DNA of 64,000 nt from Cetorhinus maximus (lineage: Eukaryota): assembly GCF_964194155.1 (NCBI RefSeq), contig NC_135902.1, forward strand, positions 49,538,001 to 49,602,000, given 5' to 3'. The number at the start of each line of letters is the position of its first letter. Positions within the stretch are counted from its first letter, which is position 1. The notes under the pieces are model-generated. The model did not search any database, was not told the origin of the DNA, and saw only the letters and a program-made list of their open reading frames with translations. Position numbers and translations under genes: made by a program. This document shows, piece by piece, positions 36,723 through 47,281 of this stretch.

Positions 36723-37288
36723 TTAAAACAAAAACAGAATTACCTGGAAAAGCTCAGCAGGTCTGGCAGCATCGGCAGAGAAGAAAAGAGTCGACCTTTC
36801 GAGTCCTCATGACCCTTCAGCAGAACTGAGTAAAGTTAGGAGAGGGGTGAAATATAAGCTGGTTTAAGGGGTGGGGGGGGGGGGGAGGTGGTTGGTTGTA
36901 GGGACAAGCAAGCAGTGATGGGAGCAGATAATCAAAAGATGTCACAGACAAAAGGAACAAAGAGGTGTTGAAGGTGGTGATATTATCTAAGAAAAGTGCT
37001 AATTAAGAATGGATGGCAGGACACTCAAGGTGCAGCTCTAGTGGGGGTGGGGTGGAAAGACTGACAGGGTATTACAGTTATAGATTTAAAAATAATGGAA
37101 ATAGGTGGGAAAAGAAAAATCTGTATAAATTATTGGAAAAAACAAAAGGGAGGGGGAAGACACGGAAATGGGGGTGGGGGTGGGGATGGGGGAGGGAGTT
37201 TAAGATCTAAAGTTGTTGAATTCAATATTCAGCCCGGAAGGCTGTAAAGTGCCTAGTCGGAAGATGAGGTGCTGTTCCTCCAGTTTGC
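36723..37288 (-). mobile_element. Second, shorter copy of the same Penelope-like family
   Basis: Near-identical to ~23607-24190, including LEEQHLIFRLGTLQPSGLNIEFNNFRS. Confidence 0.9.
36789..36827 (-). ncRNA. Hammerhead motif in the second Penelope copy (helix III palindrome mutated)
   Basis: Minus strand AGTT-CTGCTGA-A-GGGTC-ATGAG-GACTC-GAAA-GG-TC-GACT. Confidence 0.6.
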
Positions 37289-37304
37289 TCCATCTTGGAG
37301 GTGC

Positions 37305-39260
37305 TACAACACAAATAGGAAATAGGAGCAGAAGTGGGCCATTAGGCCCCTTCAGCTTCTTCCACCATTCAATAAGATCATGGCTGATCTGTTTGTGTTT
37401 CAAGTTTTACATTCCCACCTACCCCTGACAACCTTTGATTCCCTTGCCTAACAAGAATCTATCTACCTCTGCCTTAAAAATATTCAGTGACCCTGCTTCC
37501 ACTGCCTTCTAAGTCAGAGTGCCAAAGTCACAAAACCCTCAGAGAAAAAACATCTCCTCATCTCTGTCCTATAAAGGCAACCCCTAATTTTAGAACAGTG
37601 TCCCCTAGTTCTGGACTCCCCCACAAGAGGAAACATCCTTTCCACAGTATTCAAAATGCAGTCTCACCAATGCCCTGTATAACTGAAGCATAACATCCTC
37701 ACTTTTATGTTCAATTCCTCTCATAATAATGGATAATATTCCATTAGCATTCTTGATTACATGCTGTACCTGCATACTAACTTTTAGTGAGAACATCTAG
37801 ATCCCTGTGCATCTTAGAATTCTACAGTTGTTCTCCATTTAAGTAATACTCTACCTTTTTATTCTTCCTGCCAAAGTGAACAACTGCACATTTTTCCACA
37901 TTGTACTCCATCTGCCAGATTTTTGCCCACTCACTCAATTTATCTATATCTGTCTGCAAACTCTTTATGTGTCTTCTTCGCAGCATACTTTCCTACCTAC
38001 CTTTGTGTCATCTGCTAATTTAGCTACTATGCCTTCACTACCCTCATCTAAGTCATTGATATAATTGTCAAAACTTGAGGCCCTGGCACAGAGCCTTGCG
38101 GGACTCCAGTCATCACATCCTGCCAATCAGAAAATTGCCCATTTATGCATACACTCTGTTTTCTACTAGCCAGTCAACCTTCTATCCATGCTATTATGTT
38201 ACCCCCTACACCAGAAGCTTTAATTTTCCGCTATAACCATTGATGCGGCACCTTATCAAATGTCTTCTGGAAATCCAAGCACAGCACATCTACAGGCTCC
38301 CCTCTATCCACAGCACATGTTACTCCTTCAACGCTAATAAATTGGTTAAACTTGATTTCCCTTTCACAAAACCATGCTAACTCCCTGATTACCTTGTGTT
38401 TTTCTAAGTGGCCAGTTATAACCTCTTTAATTATTGACTCTAACACCTTTCCCACAACAAACGTCAAGCTAACTGGCCTATGGTTTCCTGTTTTCTGCCT
38501 CCCTCCCTTCATGAATAGAGGGTTTATATTTGCTTTTTTCCAGTCTGATGGAACCTTTCCAGAATCTAAGGAATTTTGGGAAAACTAACACCAATGCATC
38601 TACTACTCATTAGCCATCTCTTTTAAGACCCTAGGATGATGTCTTTCTGGATGTGGAGACTTGTCAGCCCGCAGCTCCATCAGTTTGCTCAGTACTGCTT
38701 CCCTAGTGGTTGTAATTTCACCAAGTTCCTCTCTCCCCTGCACCTCCTGCTTTAGCGATATTAGTGGAATGTTTTTTGCATCCTCTATAGTGAAGACAGA
38801 AGCAAAATATTTGTTCATTTCATCCACTATTTCCTTATTATCTACCATTAACTCCCCATTCTCACTCTCCAGGGGACTAGCACTCACTTTACCTACTCTT
38901 TTCCTGTTTAAATACCTGTTAAATACCTATGTTACTCTTGCTATCCATTTTTACATTTCTAGTTAGTTTCCTCTCATACTCTAATTTCTTTCTCCTGATT
39001 AACCTTCTAGCCATTCTCTCCTGTTCTGTATCTTCTGACCAACCATCTGACCTGCTACTCATCCGTGCACAGTTATATGCTTTTTCCTTAAGTTTGATGC
39101 TTTCCCTAACTTTTTTAGTTAAGCATGGATGGTGGGTCCTTCCTTTATAATTTTTCTTCATAGTAGGAATATACTTATTCTGAGATATCCCCTTAAATGC
39201 CTGCCACTGCTTCTCTATTGATCTATCCCTAGCCTAGTATCCCAGTTAATTTCAGCTTAA
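37305..39260 (-). mobile_element. CR1 LINE (RT and 3' end), decayed
   Basis: GNHRPVSLTFVVGKVLESII...VDVLCLDFQKTFDKVPH; EMNKYFASVFT; LYRALVRLHFEYC. Confidence 0.92.
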
Positions 39261-40184
39261 GGCTTCAAGAGTTCAGCTTCAAAGCTTAAAGAGTTCAATT
39301 CTGAATGTTGAATAAACCTAGTTTGTAATCCCTTGAGCGAGGGGGTGATCTAATCATGGTACTTAAGATAAGTAAGGAATCCAACAGGGTAGATACAAAG
39401 AAACAATGTGAAATCATGAATCACTTTTTACACAAAAGGTATGGAATCTTGGAACTCTTCCCCCTCAAAAGGCTTTAGATCCTAGGTAGGATTCTGATTG
39501 GAAACATTCCTGGGGTTTTGATCACATGATGTTCTGATAACATGACATCCGATCAAGTGACATCTGCAAAGGTTATGGCATCATCCATATAAAAGTTGGG
39601 GGCCTTGTAATTGAATATTTTTGCTTCTGGTTCTGTGCCCATAATTGTCGTTTTAGAATTTCAGGAGTGGGTGAATAAGGAAAACCAAGGTTGGGGAAGA
39701 GGGGAAATTGAAGGTGGGAGAGTGATTTGCAGATGAGAAACGATAGGTGGGAATAACTTTGATTCCACCAGTAACAAATAACTCACTGATGTTGCACAGA
39801 TAACTAAGTAACACCGTAATGCTCAGATTCCCCTCAAAACCAACAGTAATACAATAATGATTGATAGTCTAAAATAATAGTAATAATGGGTGGAACTAGC
39901 TGAAATTTAACTTTTATCTAATAGTAATTCTATAAGCTGCTAATATTGACCTAGCAAGATTTTCCCGACAACACATAAAATGTAGTCAGGCTTGTCAATG
40001 CCACTTTGAATGGGTTGCCTATATCCTTGAAATCTGGTTTGGAATAAGATTCTGTATGAAGGCAACAACTCTAAAGTGGGAGTTGCACTCATTAACAATC
40101 TGGACTTGGACTTCACATATCAAAACTGGCCGAGAGCGACCAACCTGATCCAAACTAGGAGATCACAAAAAGGGCAAAGAGATT

Positions 40185-42318
40185 TTTTTTTATTCATTCA
40201 CGGGATATTGGCATCACTGGCCAGTATTTATTGTCCATCCCTAATTGTCCTTGAGAAGGTGCTAGTGTGCTGCCTTCTTGAACTGCTGCAGTCCATGCGG
40301 TGTAGGTACAACAAGAGTGCTGTTAGGAGGGAGTTCCAGGATTTTGACCCAGAGACAGCGAAGGAACGGTGATATATTTCCGAGTCAGGATGATGTGCGG
40401 CTTGAAGGGGAACTTCCAAGAGTTGGTGCTCCCATGCATATGCTGCCCTTGTCCATGGGTTGTGGGCTTGGAAGGTGCTGTCTGAGGAGTCTTGGTGAGT
40501 TCCTGCAGTGGTAGACGGTACACACTGCTGCCATTGTGCATCGTTGGTGGAGGGAGTGAATGTTTGTGGAAGGGGTGCCAATCAAGCAGACTGCTTTGTC
40601 CTAGATGGTTTCAAGCTTCTTGACTGTTGTTGGAGCTGCACTCATCCAGGCAAGTGGAGAGCATTCCATCACACTTCTGACTTATGCCTTGTAGATGGTG
40701 GACAGGCTTTGGGGAGTCAGGAGGTAAGTTACTCGCCACAGGATTCCTAGCCTTTGAGCTGTTCTTGTAGCCACAGTATTTATATGGCTAGTCCAATTCT
40801 GTTTCTGGTCAATGGTAACCCCCAGGATGTTGATAGTGGTTGATTCAGCAATGGTAATGTCATTGAATGTCAAGGGGCGATGGTTGGATTTTCTCTTGTT
40901 GGAGATGGTCATTGCCTGGCACTTGTGTGGCGCAAATGTTACTTGCCACTTGTCAGCCCAAGCCTGGATGTTGTCACAACAGTGGATCATAGTCCCAAAT
41001 TACATATGGATATATTGAACTTTTTAAAGGAAGATATGTGTTTTTTTTCAAAAAGACATACAAGCAAAAGCTGGCTGAGAATGTAAAGTAACCACTTTCT
41101 GGAAAATTCCTATGTGGATTATGCTTAACCGACTAGTCCAGAGATAGCATGGAATGTCACATCTTAAAAAGCATCAAGGCCTACTTCAGACAGAGATACT
41201 TGAAAGGAAGAAATGCAATGTGAAAGACTGAACTTTAATCTCTTTTGGTTGCAGAGACAATGGAGACTGATTACCACATCTCAGCAGAAACTATCTCCTG
41301 CTATATCATGGAATGTGGAAATGGTCTGAATTGAAAAAAAGCAGATTCTGGGCCATATTTGTTTTTCCCTTCCAGGAGTACACTAGAAATGGGGTTAAAA
41401 AGCCTGCTGCAAACCCGAACTGTGTGTGCTAGTTCTGGTGTTCTAGTACTGGTGTTCCAGTTCTGCTTTGCTAGTGTGTGCTGTAAAGGTCATAGCATAA
41501 GGACATCAACTAGACATCCCTGCACCTTGCAGGTAAAAGTCTATCTCTCTCCCTAACTGTCTGGAGGCAAGTCAGCAAAGCCTCAATCAAAAAGGAAACA
41601 ACATAACTCCTTCAGCTGATCTGCAGAACTAAGTGTCTCCAAACCAACTGCTCAATTGCCAAAGTCAGCTCTATCAGCATCACCCGATAATGTAATGGCT
41701 GCAACCTTTTGCCATCTACTTTTCACGGACAAGCCAAAGACTGATTCATATATTTTAAAAACTTTTATTTTTGGACTTCACTTCTCATTTCTTACCTGTG
41801 TGTATGTGCGTTGTGTTTTTACTATTTTTCCTCGGGTTTCTCGTAATTAATAAACTTACTCTTTCTTTGACTCAGGCAAGCCTGTTTAAATTGGCTCCTT
41901 CTAAAACATAAATACATATGGACTGGGAAATGTATCCATAGGGGAAGGATCCTTTTTAAATTAACCTTGTTATGACCAAATGGGGGGGTTGAACAAAAAA
42001 GGGGAGCCAGCTTATTCCTCCTCACCCAGGAGCATAAAAAAATCGGGTTCCTATGTGGAGTGTTAACAATTTGTGCTATCTCGTCTGGGATCATAACAAA
42101 TTGGGGGGACCTCGCCAGGGGACCAGTTGAAACAATGCTGTCCAGGTCTTGCTGCATTTGGACATGGGCTGCTTCAGTATCTAAGGAGTTGTGAGCAATG
42201 CTGAACATTGTGCAATCATCAGCGAACATCCCCACTTCTGACCTTATGATGGAAAGAAGGTCATTGATGAAGCTGTTGAAGATGGTTGGGCTTAGGACGC
42301 TACCCTGAGGAACTCAGT
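40185..42318 (-). mobile_element. CR1/L2-clade LINE RT fragment split by a solo LTR
   Basis: GMFADDCT...MQQDLD on the right joins NIQAWADKWQVTFAPHKCQ on the left. Confidence 0.9.
40972..42134 (+). mobile_element. Solo LTR (Gypsy/ERV-like) inserted in a LINE
   Basis: TGTCACAAC...GTTGAAACA ends, 4-bp TSD atgt/atgc and AATAAA at 41849-41854. Removing it restores the LINE sequence agcctggatgttgtccaggtc. Confidence 0.8.
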
Positions 42319-44069
42319 GATAGGGACACTTCTCACAGGGCACATTGTCCTAAATATATCTCAGCACTAATATTTCTAAATCACTCCCTATACCAAGACT
42401 CAATAAAAGTGAGTTTCATAGAATGATGGAAATTGCTGCACAAGAGGAAGCTAATTGGCTCTAGTGCTTGTGTGAGCATTGCCACTTTCTTCTGTAACAC
42501 CTGATCTTTTTATATTGTTCCTTTTCAAATGTTTATTCCATTCCTTTTAAATGACATTCTAATCTCCGCCTGAATCACCACATGGTGACAAAACCTCCCT
42601 TGATCTAATTGTCCTCTATTGAAGAAGTTTCCTATTCTCTGCTTTGTTCCAGTGAGAATCCTTGTTCCTATTTGACCAGCAAAGGAAAAAATCATTCACT
42701 GTTTACCTTCAGCAAGGGCCTCAGATTTCACTCACCCCTTTGCTCCTCTCTCGGTGCTGCTCCCATCACACTGTTGCTGCTACTCCTAGCTCTGCAGAAA
42801 ATGTTGATTTCACATCCACCACATTCCCCAGTCTGTCTGTCCCTCTCCTTCAAACGTGAATCTCAATACCCCCTACTGCATCTCCTTGACTGCCTTTCCT
42901 TCCCCATTTCTGTTTCGCTTTCTCTCCAACCCAAATCCTCTAGTCTCCCTCTCTTGCCCATCCCCTGTTCCCCAACTTCTCTTCCCAACCTCCATTCCCC
43001 ACAGTCACCCATAACCTATTTCCCACTCTCCCCCAAACCTCCATTCTCCCTCTCACCCCTTCAATTCCTGATCACATTCTTCGATTCCCAAACCTTTCCC
43101 CTGACTCCCAAATTCCTGCTGACTCACACTTATTCACAGCACACCAGGGTCCCTGTGATGGCAGCTGGTTATTATGGAACTATGGGGTGCTGCTGTGCTG
43201 GGAAATTTAATATGTGCATTTTTGTTGTTTGGGAGATCCATGCCCTATTCTAGGAGACTCATAGGCAAACCTAATGCTGGATCATTTGAAATTTTCAAAT
43301 TTGAGGTTTGTAGAATTTTGTTAAGGGTATCAACGGATATAGAGCAAAGGCTGGTAAATGGAGCTGAGATACAGATCACCCATGATCGAATAGAATGGTG
43401 AAACAGGCTGGAGTCACTGAGTAACTATGGTCATTAAAGCACACAAAATCCTGGGCTATTGATAGGATGGCCATTCGTCCAGTTTTCTACTGGACTGTCC
43501 GGTTTTCAGGTGGACTGTTCCCTGTTTGAACAGACAGACACCTTATTGTCCATTAATTTTGAATTGCCTATCAACCCAATGTCCAGAAGCATTTAGAGTC
43601 AAATTTATTGCCTGTGGGCCACCATACTGGCCCTGCAAAGATCCTCAGATCTATCCAGGCAGATAGGTGTGGGGAGGCCTGGCTGCATTTGGGAGAGGGC
43701 AGGAACTGACTATCCATGTGTGTGTCCTTTGTGATGCCCTCACGCTGTCTCACTATGTTGTACAGACACACTGATGTACACAGCACACTTCTCTAGAATG
43801 AGTAGCTGCAATGAGGTCTGAGGAGAAACTGTGCAAACAGAACAGCAACCTGGTAAAAACTGATTTAAAACATGACAACATTTTTTAATCTGTTTAAGCT
43901 CCTCCAAAGTTTAAAAGCTGAGATGTACAAGCTCCCTAAATTTAGCTCACTCTAAGGCACTAAGTTCATTATGTGCAGTACTTTATTTTAATTTTAAAAA
44001 GGGCACATTGGTATGTGTGTGGGGGTTAGCGGGGGGATCCGGTATTCCATATGTTTGTCAGTGGTCACA

Positions 44070-44534
44070 CTAGGTGTAGAGTACAAAAGCAAGGAAGTTA
44101 TGATAAATCTGTATGAAACACTGATTTGGCCTCAACCTGGAGTATTCTGTCCAGTTCTGGGCACCAAACTTCAGGAAGAATATGAAAGTAAAGAGGGTGC
44201 AGAAAAGATTTACAAGAATTGTTCCAGAGATGAGGAACTTCAGTTACATGGATAGATTGGAGAGGCTGGGGCTGTTCTCCTTGGAGAAGAGCAGGTTGAG
44301 AGGAGATTTGAAAGGTGTTCAAAATCATGAGGGATCTGGACAGAATAGATAGGGAGAAACTGTTCTCATTGGCAGAAGGATTAAGTACCGGAGGACACGG
44401 ATTTATGGTGGCTAGCAAAAGGAGCAACTATGACACGAGGAAAAATATTTTAAGGGAGCAAGTGGTTAGGATCTGGAATGCATGTCTGAGTGTGTGCTGG
44501 GGCAGATTCAATTGTGGAATTCAAAAGAGAATTG
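44070..44534 (+). mobile_element. CR1 3' fragment
   Basis: VEYKSKEVMINLYETLI; FKIMRDLDRIDREKLF. Confidence 0.85.
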
Positions 44535-45295
44535 TGTTATGAAGATATGTAACACAAAATATTAATTTATAATGTTATTGGCTAGACATACATATGTATT
44601 GATCTTTTTTGAAAAGAACACTTTTCCTAAGCAAAGGACACTGGCTTACAGCAGCTACCAAATTGATTTGCGCAGGACACAAGCTGCTGTTATGGAGACA
44701 TAGAATCTATGGAGCTCTCAGAGAGAGGTCACATGACCCAATTCTTGAGTGAGAAGATATTGGATTTTGGATAGTCAAGAGAGACCGCCACAGAGGCAAC
44801 AGTCTTACCCCCATCTCTCTCTTTTCTGAAACCTCTCTCATCAAAGCTGAGCTATTTGTGATTTGCAAAACCCACCAGAAGACCTCATTTCTGCAAATGA
44901 ATGTTCTTAAAGGAGAATTCGGAATCAACACCACTGTCTCCACTGAGAAATTCCAAGAACCAGCAGCTACTATGGACCAGGACCCTTCAGCTGTAAACAA
45001 GCATCTGGACACTCCGTGAATAATTTATTTTCTGGCTTGTCACTTGGCCAAGGTTTTAATATCTGACACTCTACGAATTTTACTTCTTTCTTGCATGCTT
45101 GAGGAGATTGTGTGTATGTTTTTGCATTAGTGGGTAGTTGGTAATTTAATTAATTACAATTAAATTGTAATTTGTACAATTTAAACCTTTTGTTAATAAT
45201 TTCTGCATCTTTACTTGAGTGAGTTTTAGTAATAAAACTAACTCTTTATTTGTTAACTCGGAACCTGGCTGCATATTTCTTATGACGAGCTATAC
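44535..45295 (+). mobile_element. Probable LTR fragment
   Basis: Starts TGTTATGA exactly where a CR1 stops; AATAAA near 45231 and LTR-like composition; 3' end not identifiable. Confidence 0.4.
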
Positions 45296-45296
45296 A

Positions 45297-45477
45297 CAGT
45301 TGGTGCATTCTCCATGGTAATGTCTCAACCAATCAGAGACCACTTGCCAACCAATCAGCATTTTCTTCTCATGTGGTTTAAATTGTTGTTCCCTTTACAA
45401 TTGGTACTCTTGCTAATCTGTTGTGATGTGAGATGAAAAGCTTTAACAAATGTCTCTTTTTTTTCTGCAATACTCAA
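45297..45477 (+). mobile_element. Single-arm copy of the 10615-11250 family
   Basis: ggtgcattctccatggtaatg...ttgccaaccaatcagc...gatgaaaagcttt...atgtctc...gcaatactca matches the right arm. Confidence 0.8.
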
Positions 45478-46085
45478 ATTTGTATATTAAATGGCAAAAT
45501 CACCTCCATTTTAAAATTAAACTCTATTGTAATCATCTCAGGAGTGGGACAAAGAGAGGAGTCACTTCACCCCTGTGAACCACCTGGTTGTAACAATTGC
45601 ATATTTATGTGCACAGAACAACAAAAAAAAAATTGCAAAGCTCCAGGGAAAAAGTGGGACTAGGTAATTTCTCTCATAGAGACACATTGGGCCAAATGGC
45701 CTCCTTCTGTGTTGTATCCATTCTATGATTCTACATGCTGTCTCTACTCTATTCATGTAGTTGCTCATTCTGTCCTATAAACTATGCAAGTCCCATCTAT
45801 GCTCTCTCATATAAAGACAAATGTGTTTGTTAGTATACACAGAGTGTCTGTATTGTTTGCATGTGTCTTGTAAGCTATAGTGTGTGCTGTAAGCATCATT
45901 ATCTGTTCCAGTAACCCTTATTGTGTTAATATAGTTTATTGTTTTAACTCTGAAAGAGATTATCTGTTCCAGGCTACCTCGCGGAATATTCTCTGCCGAC
46001 CCTTTATATAATCAATCATCAGACAGTGTACAGATTAGCATTGCCACGTGTATATGTCGCACTGTCGCTGCAGCTCTTTCGTGGT

Positions 46086-46158
46086 GACCCAGTGGCCTAA
46101 TGGATAAGGCATCAGCCTCCGGAGCTGGGGATTGTGGGTTCGAGTCCCATCTGGGTCG
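46086..46158 (+). tRNA. TRR-CCG: tRNA-Arg (anticodon CCG)
   Basis: GACCCAG/CTGGGTC acceptor stem, A box TGGCCTAATGG, anticodon loop CT-CCG-GA (46119-46121), B box GGTTCGAGTCC, 73 nt, no intron. Pol III T-run at 46171-46175. Confidence 0.98.
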
Positions 46159-46159
46159 C

Positions 46160-46600
46160 ACGGCTGCATCTTTTTGTGCTGCTCGCCCACACCCACCCCG
46201 ACCCGGGCTGCTCGGTCCGGTGAACCGGTGGCCGCCTGCGGCTTGCACGATATGGGAGCGGAGACGCCACCGCGGGCTTGCCGGACCTCAAAACCCGAGG
46301 AGAAGCGACGCTTCGAGGCCGGGAAGCGCCTGTTTCGGGACGAGTTTTAGTTGCGGTTTGAGTCGGGTGCCAGCAGAGGGTGATGGTGAAGAGCAGCGGG
46401 AGCGGCAGCAAGTGCCTGAATCCTTTTCACCAAGCAAAATGAAAATGATCACTTTCCATAGACGCATTCATTCAGCGGGGCGGGGGGTGGAAAAAAGTCA
46501 CTAACTTTACGGGCTGGAGCATCGTTCAACTCAGCAGAACAAACATATTTGAACCCGATTTTTAAGTTTAAATATTCCCATCCGATGCCTGCAGCGGATT
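46160..46600. promoter_or_regulatory. CpG island downstream of the tRNA; candidate C17orf58 promoter
   Basis: Dense CpG in an otherwise CpG-depleted region, ending ~0.6 kb upstream of the C17orf58 ATG. A strong donor TAG|GTGAGT (47057/47058) and an acceptor at 47200-47201 suggest a 5'UTR intron. Confidence 0.55.
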
Positions 46601-47208
46601 CAATTTTTATTGTTAATAGTTGCTGCCTGTAAAACTCAGAAAAATCTCAGAAAACCAGGTTTTTTCTCTCTCCAATTCCCAATGCAAAGAAAATAGTAAA
46701 CGCCAATGGTGCTTTTAGCCAACAAAAATGAGTTGATTATGATTTTTGCATTTGGCGTTTCACCGGAAACAAACATGTAACAGTCTCGGACACTCTCGGA
46801 AATACGGCAATGAAAGTCAATTTCACTGTTTTCTAACGCTGTAAATACTGAAGGCAGCATGACTTTTGCAAGCATTGTCTTATAGCGCAGCTTTAGATGA
46901 ATTAACGTAACAATTAAGCTACTTTTTGAATAAAAGCTATTGAAAATCTCTCACGTTTTACATTTACTTCGTTTCAATATTTCTCGTCATAAATCTAAGG
47001 GTATTTCTGCATTGTTCAATAGACATGACAAAAAAAAGACATTCAGGTCTCAGTTAGGTGAGTTCTGGTGTGGAAAACGGTGAAATTGGATCTTTTGGCA
47101 AAGGTTCATCCTGGGCTGCGGTGTTGTCCCTTATTAGCATATCCCAAGAAGTGGTATAAAACGAAGGGCTTCTCTCCTCAGTCACTTGGTTTCTGTTCCA
47201 GCTTCAGA

Positions 47209-47281
47209 ATGAATGGGGTGTTATTAATACAGGTCTTTGCGATTGTGGTATTGGCAAAAACTATTAACGCAGAAACTAAAG
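47209..47281 (+). CDS. C17orf58: C17orf58 coding exon 1, signal peptide (MNGVLLIQVFAIVVLAKTINAETK)
   Basis: Hydrophobic core, an I-N-A candidate cleavage site and donor AAG|GTGAGA; phase compatible with the next exon. Confidence 0.75.

Noticed and set aside
42609-43253. 214-aa Pro/Ser/Leu-rich ORF
   Set aside because: It arises from a CT-rich low-complexity tract, starts at TTG, and has no splice or domain support.
45898-45972. 14-bp direct repeat ATTATCTGTTCCAG upstream of the tRNA
   Set aside because: Real but matches no motif I recognise; it could be chance or an old local duplication.
46012-46504. Overlapping ORFs of 72-134 aa around the tRNA
   Set aside because: A by-product of GC-rich CpG-island and tRNA sequence; no recognisable domain.
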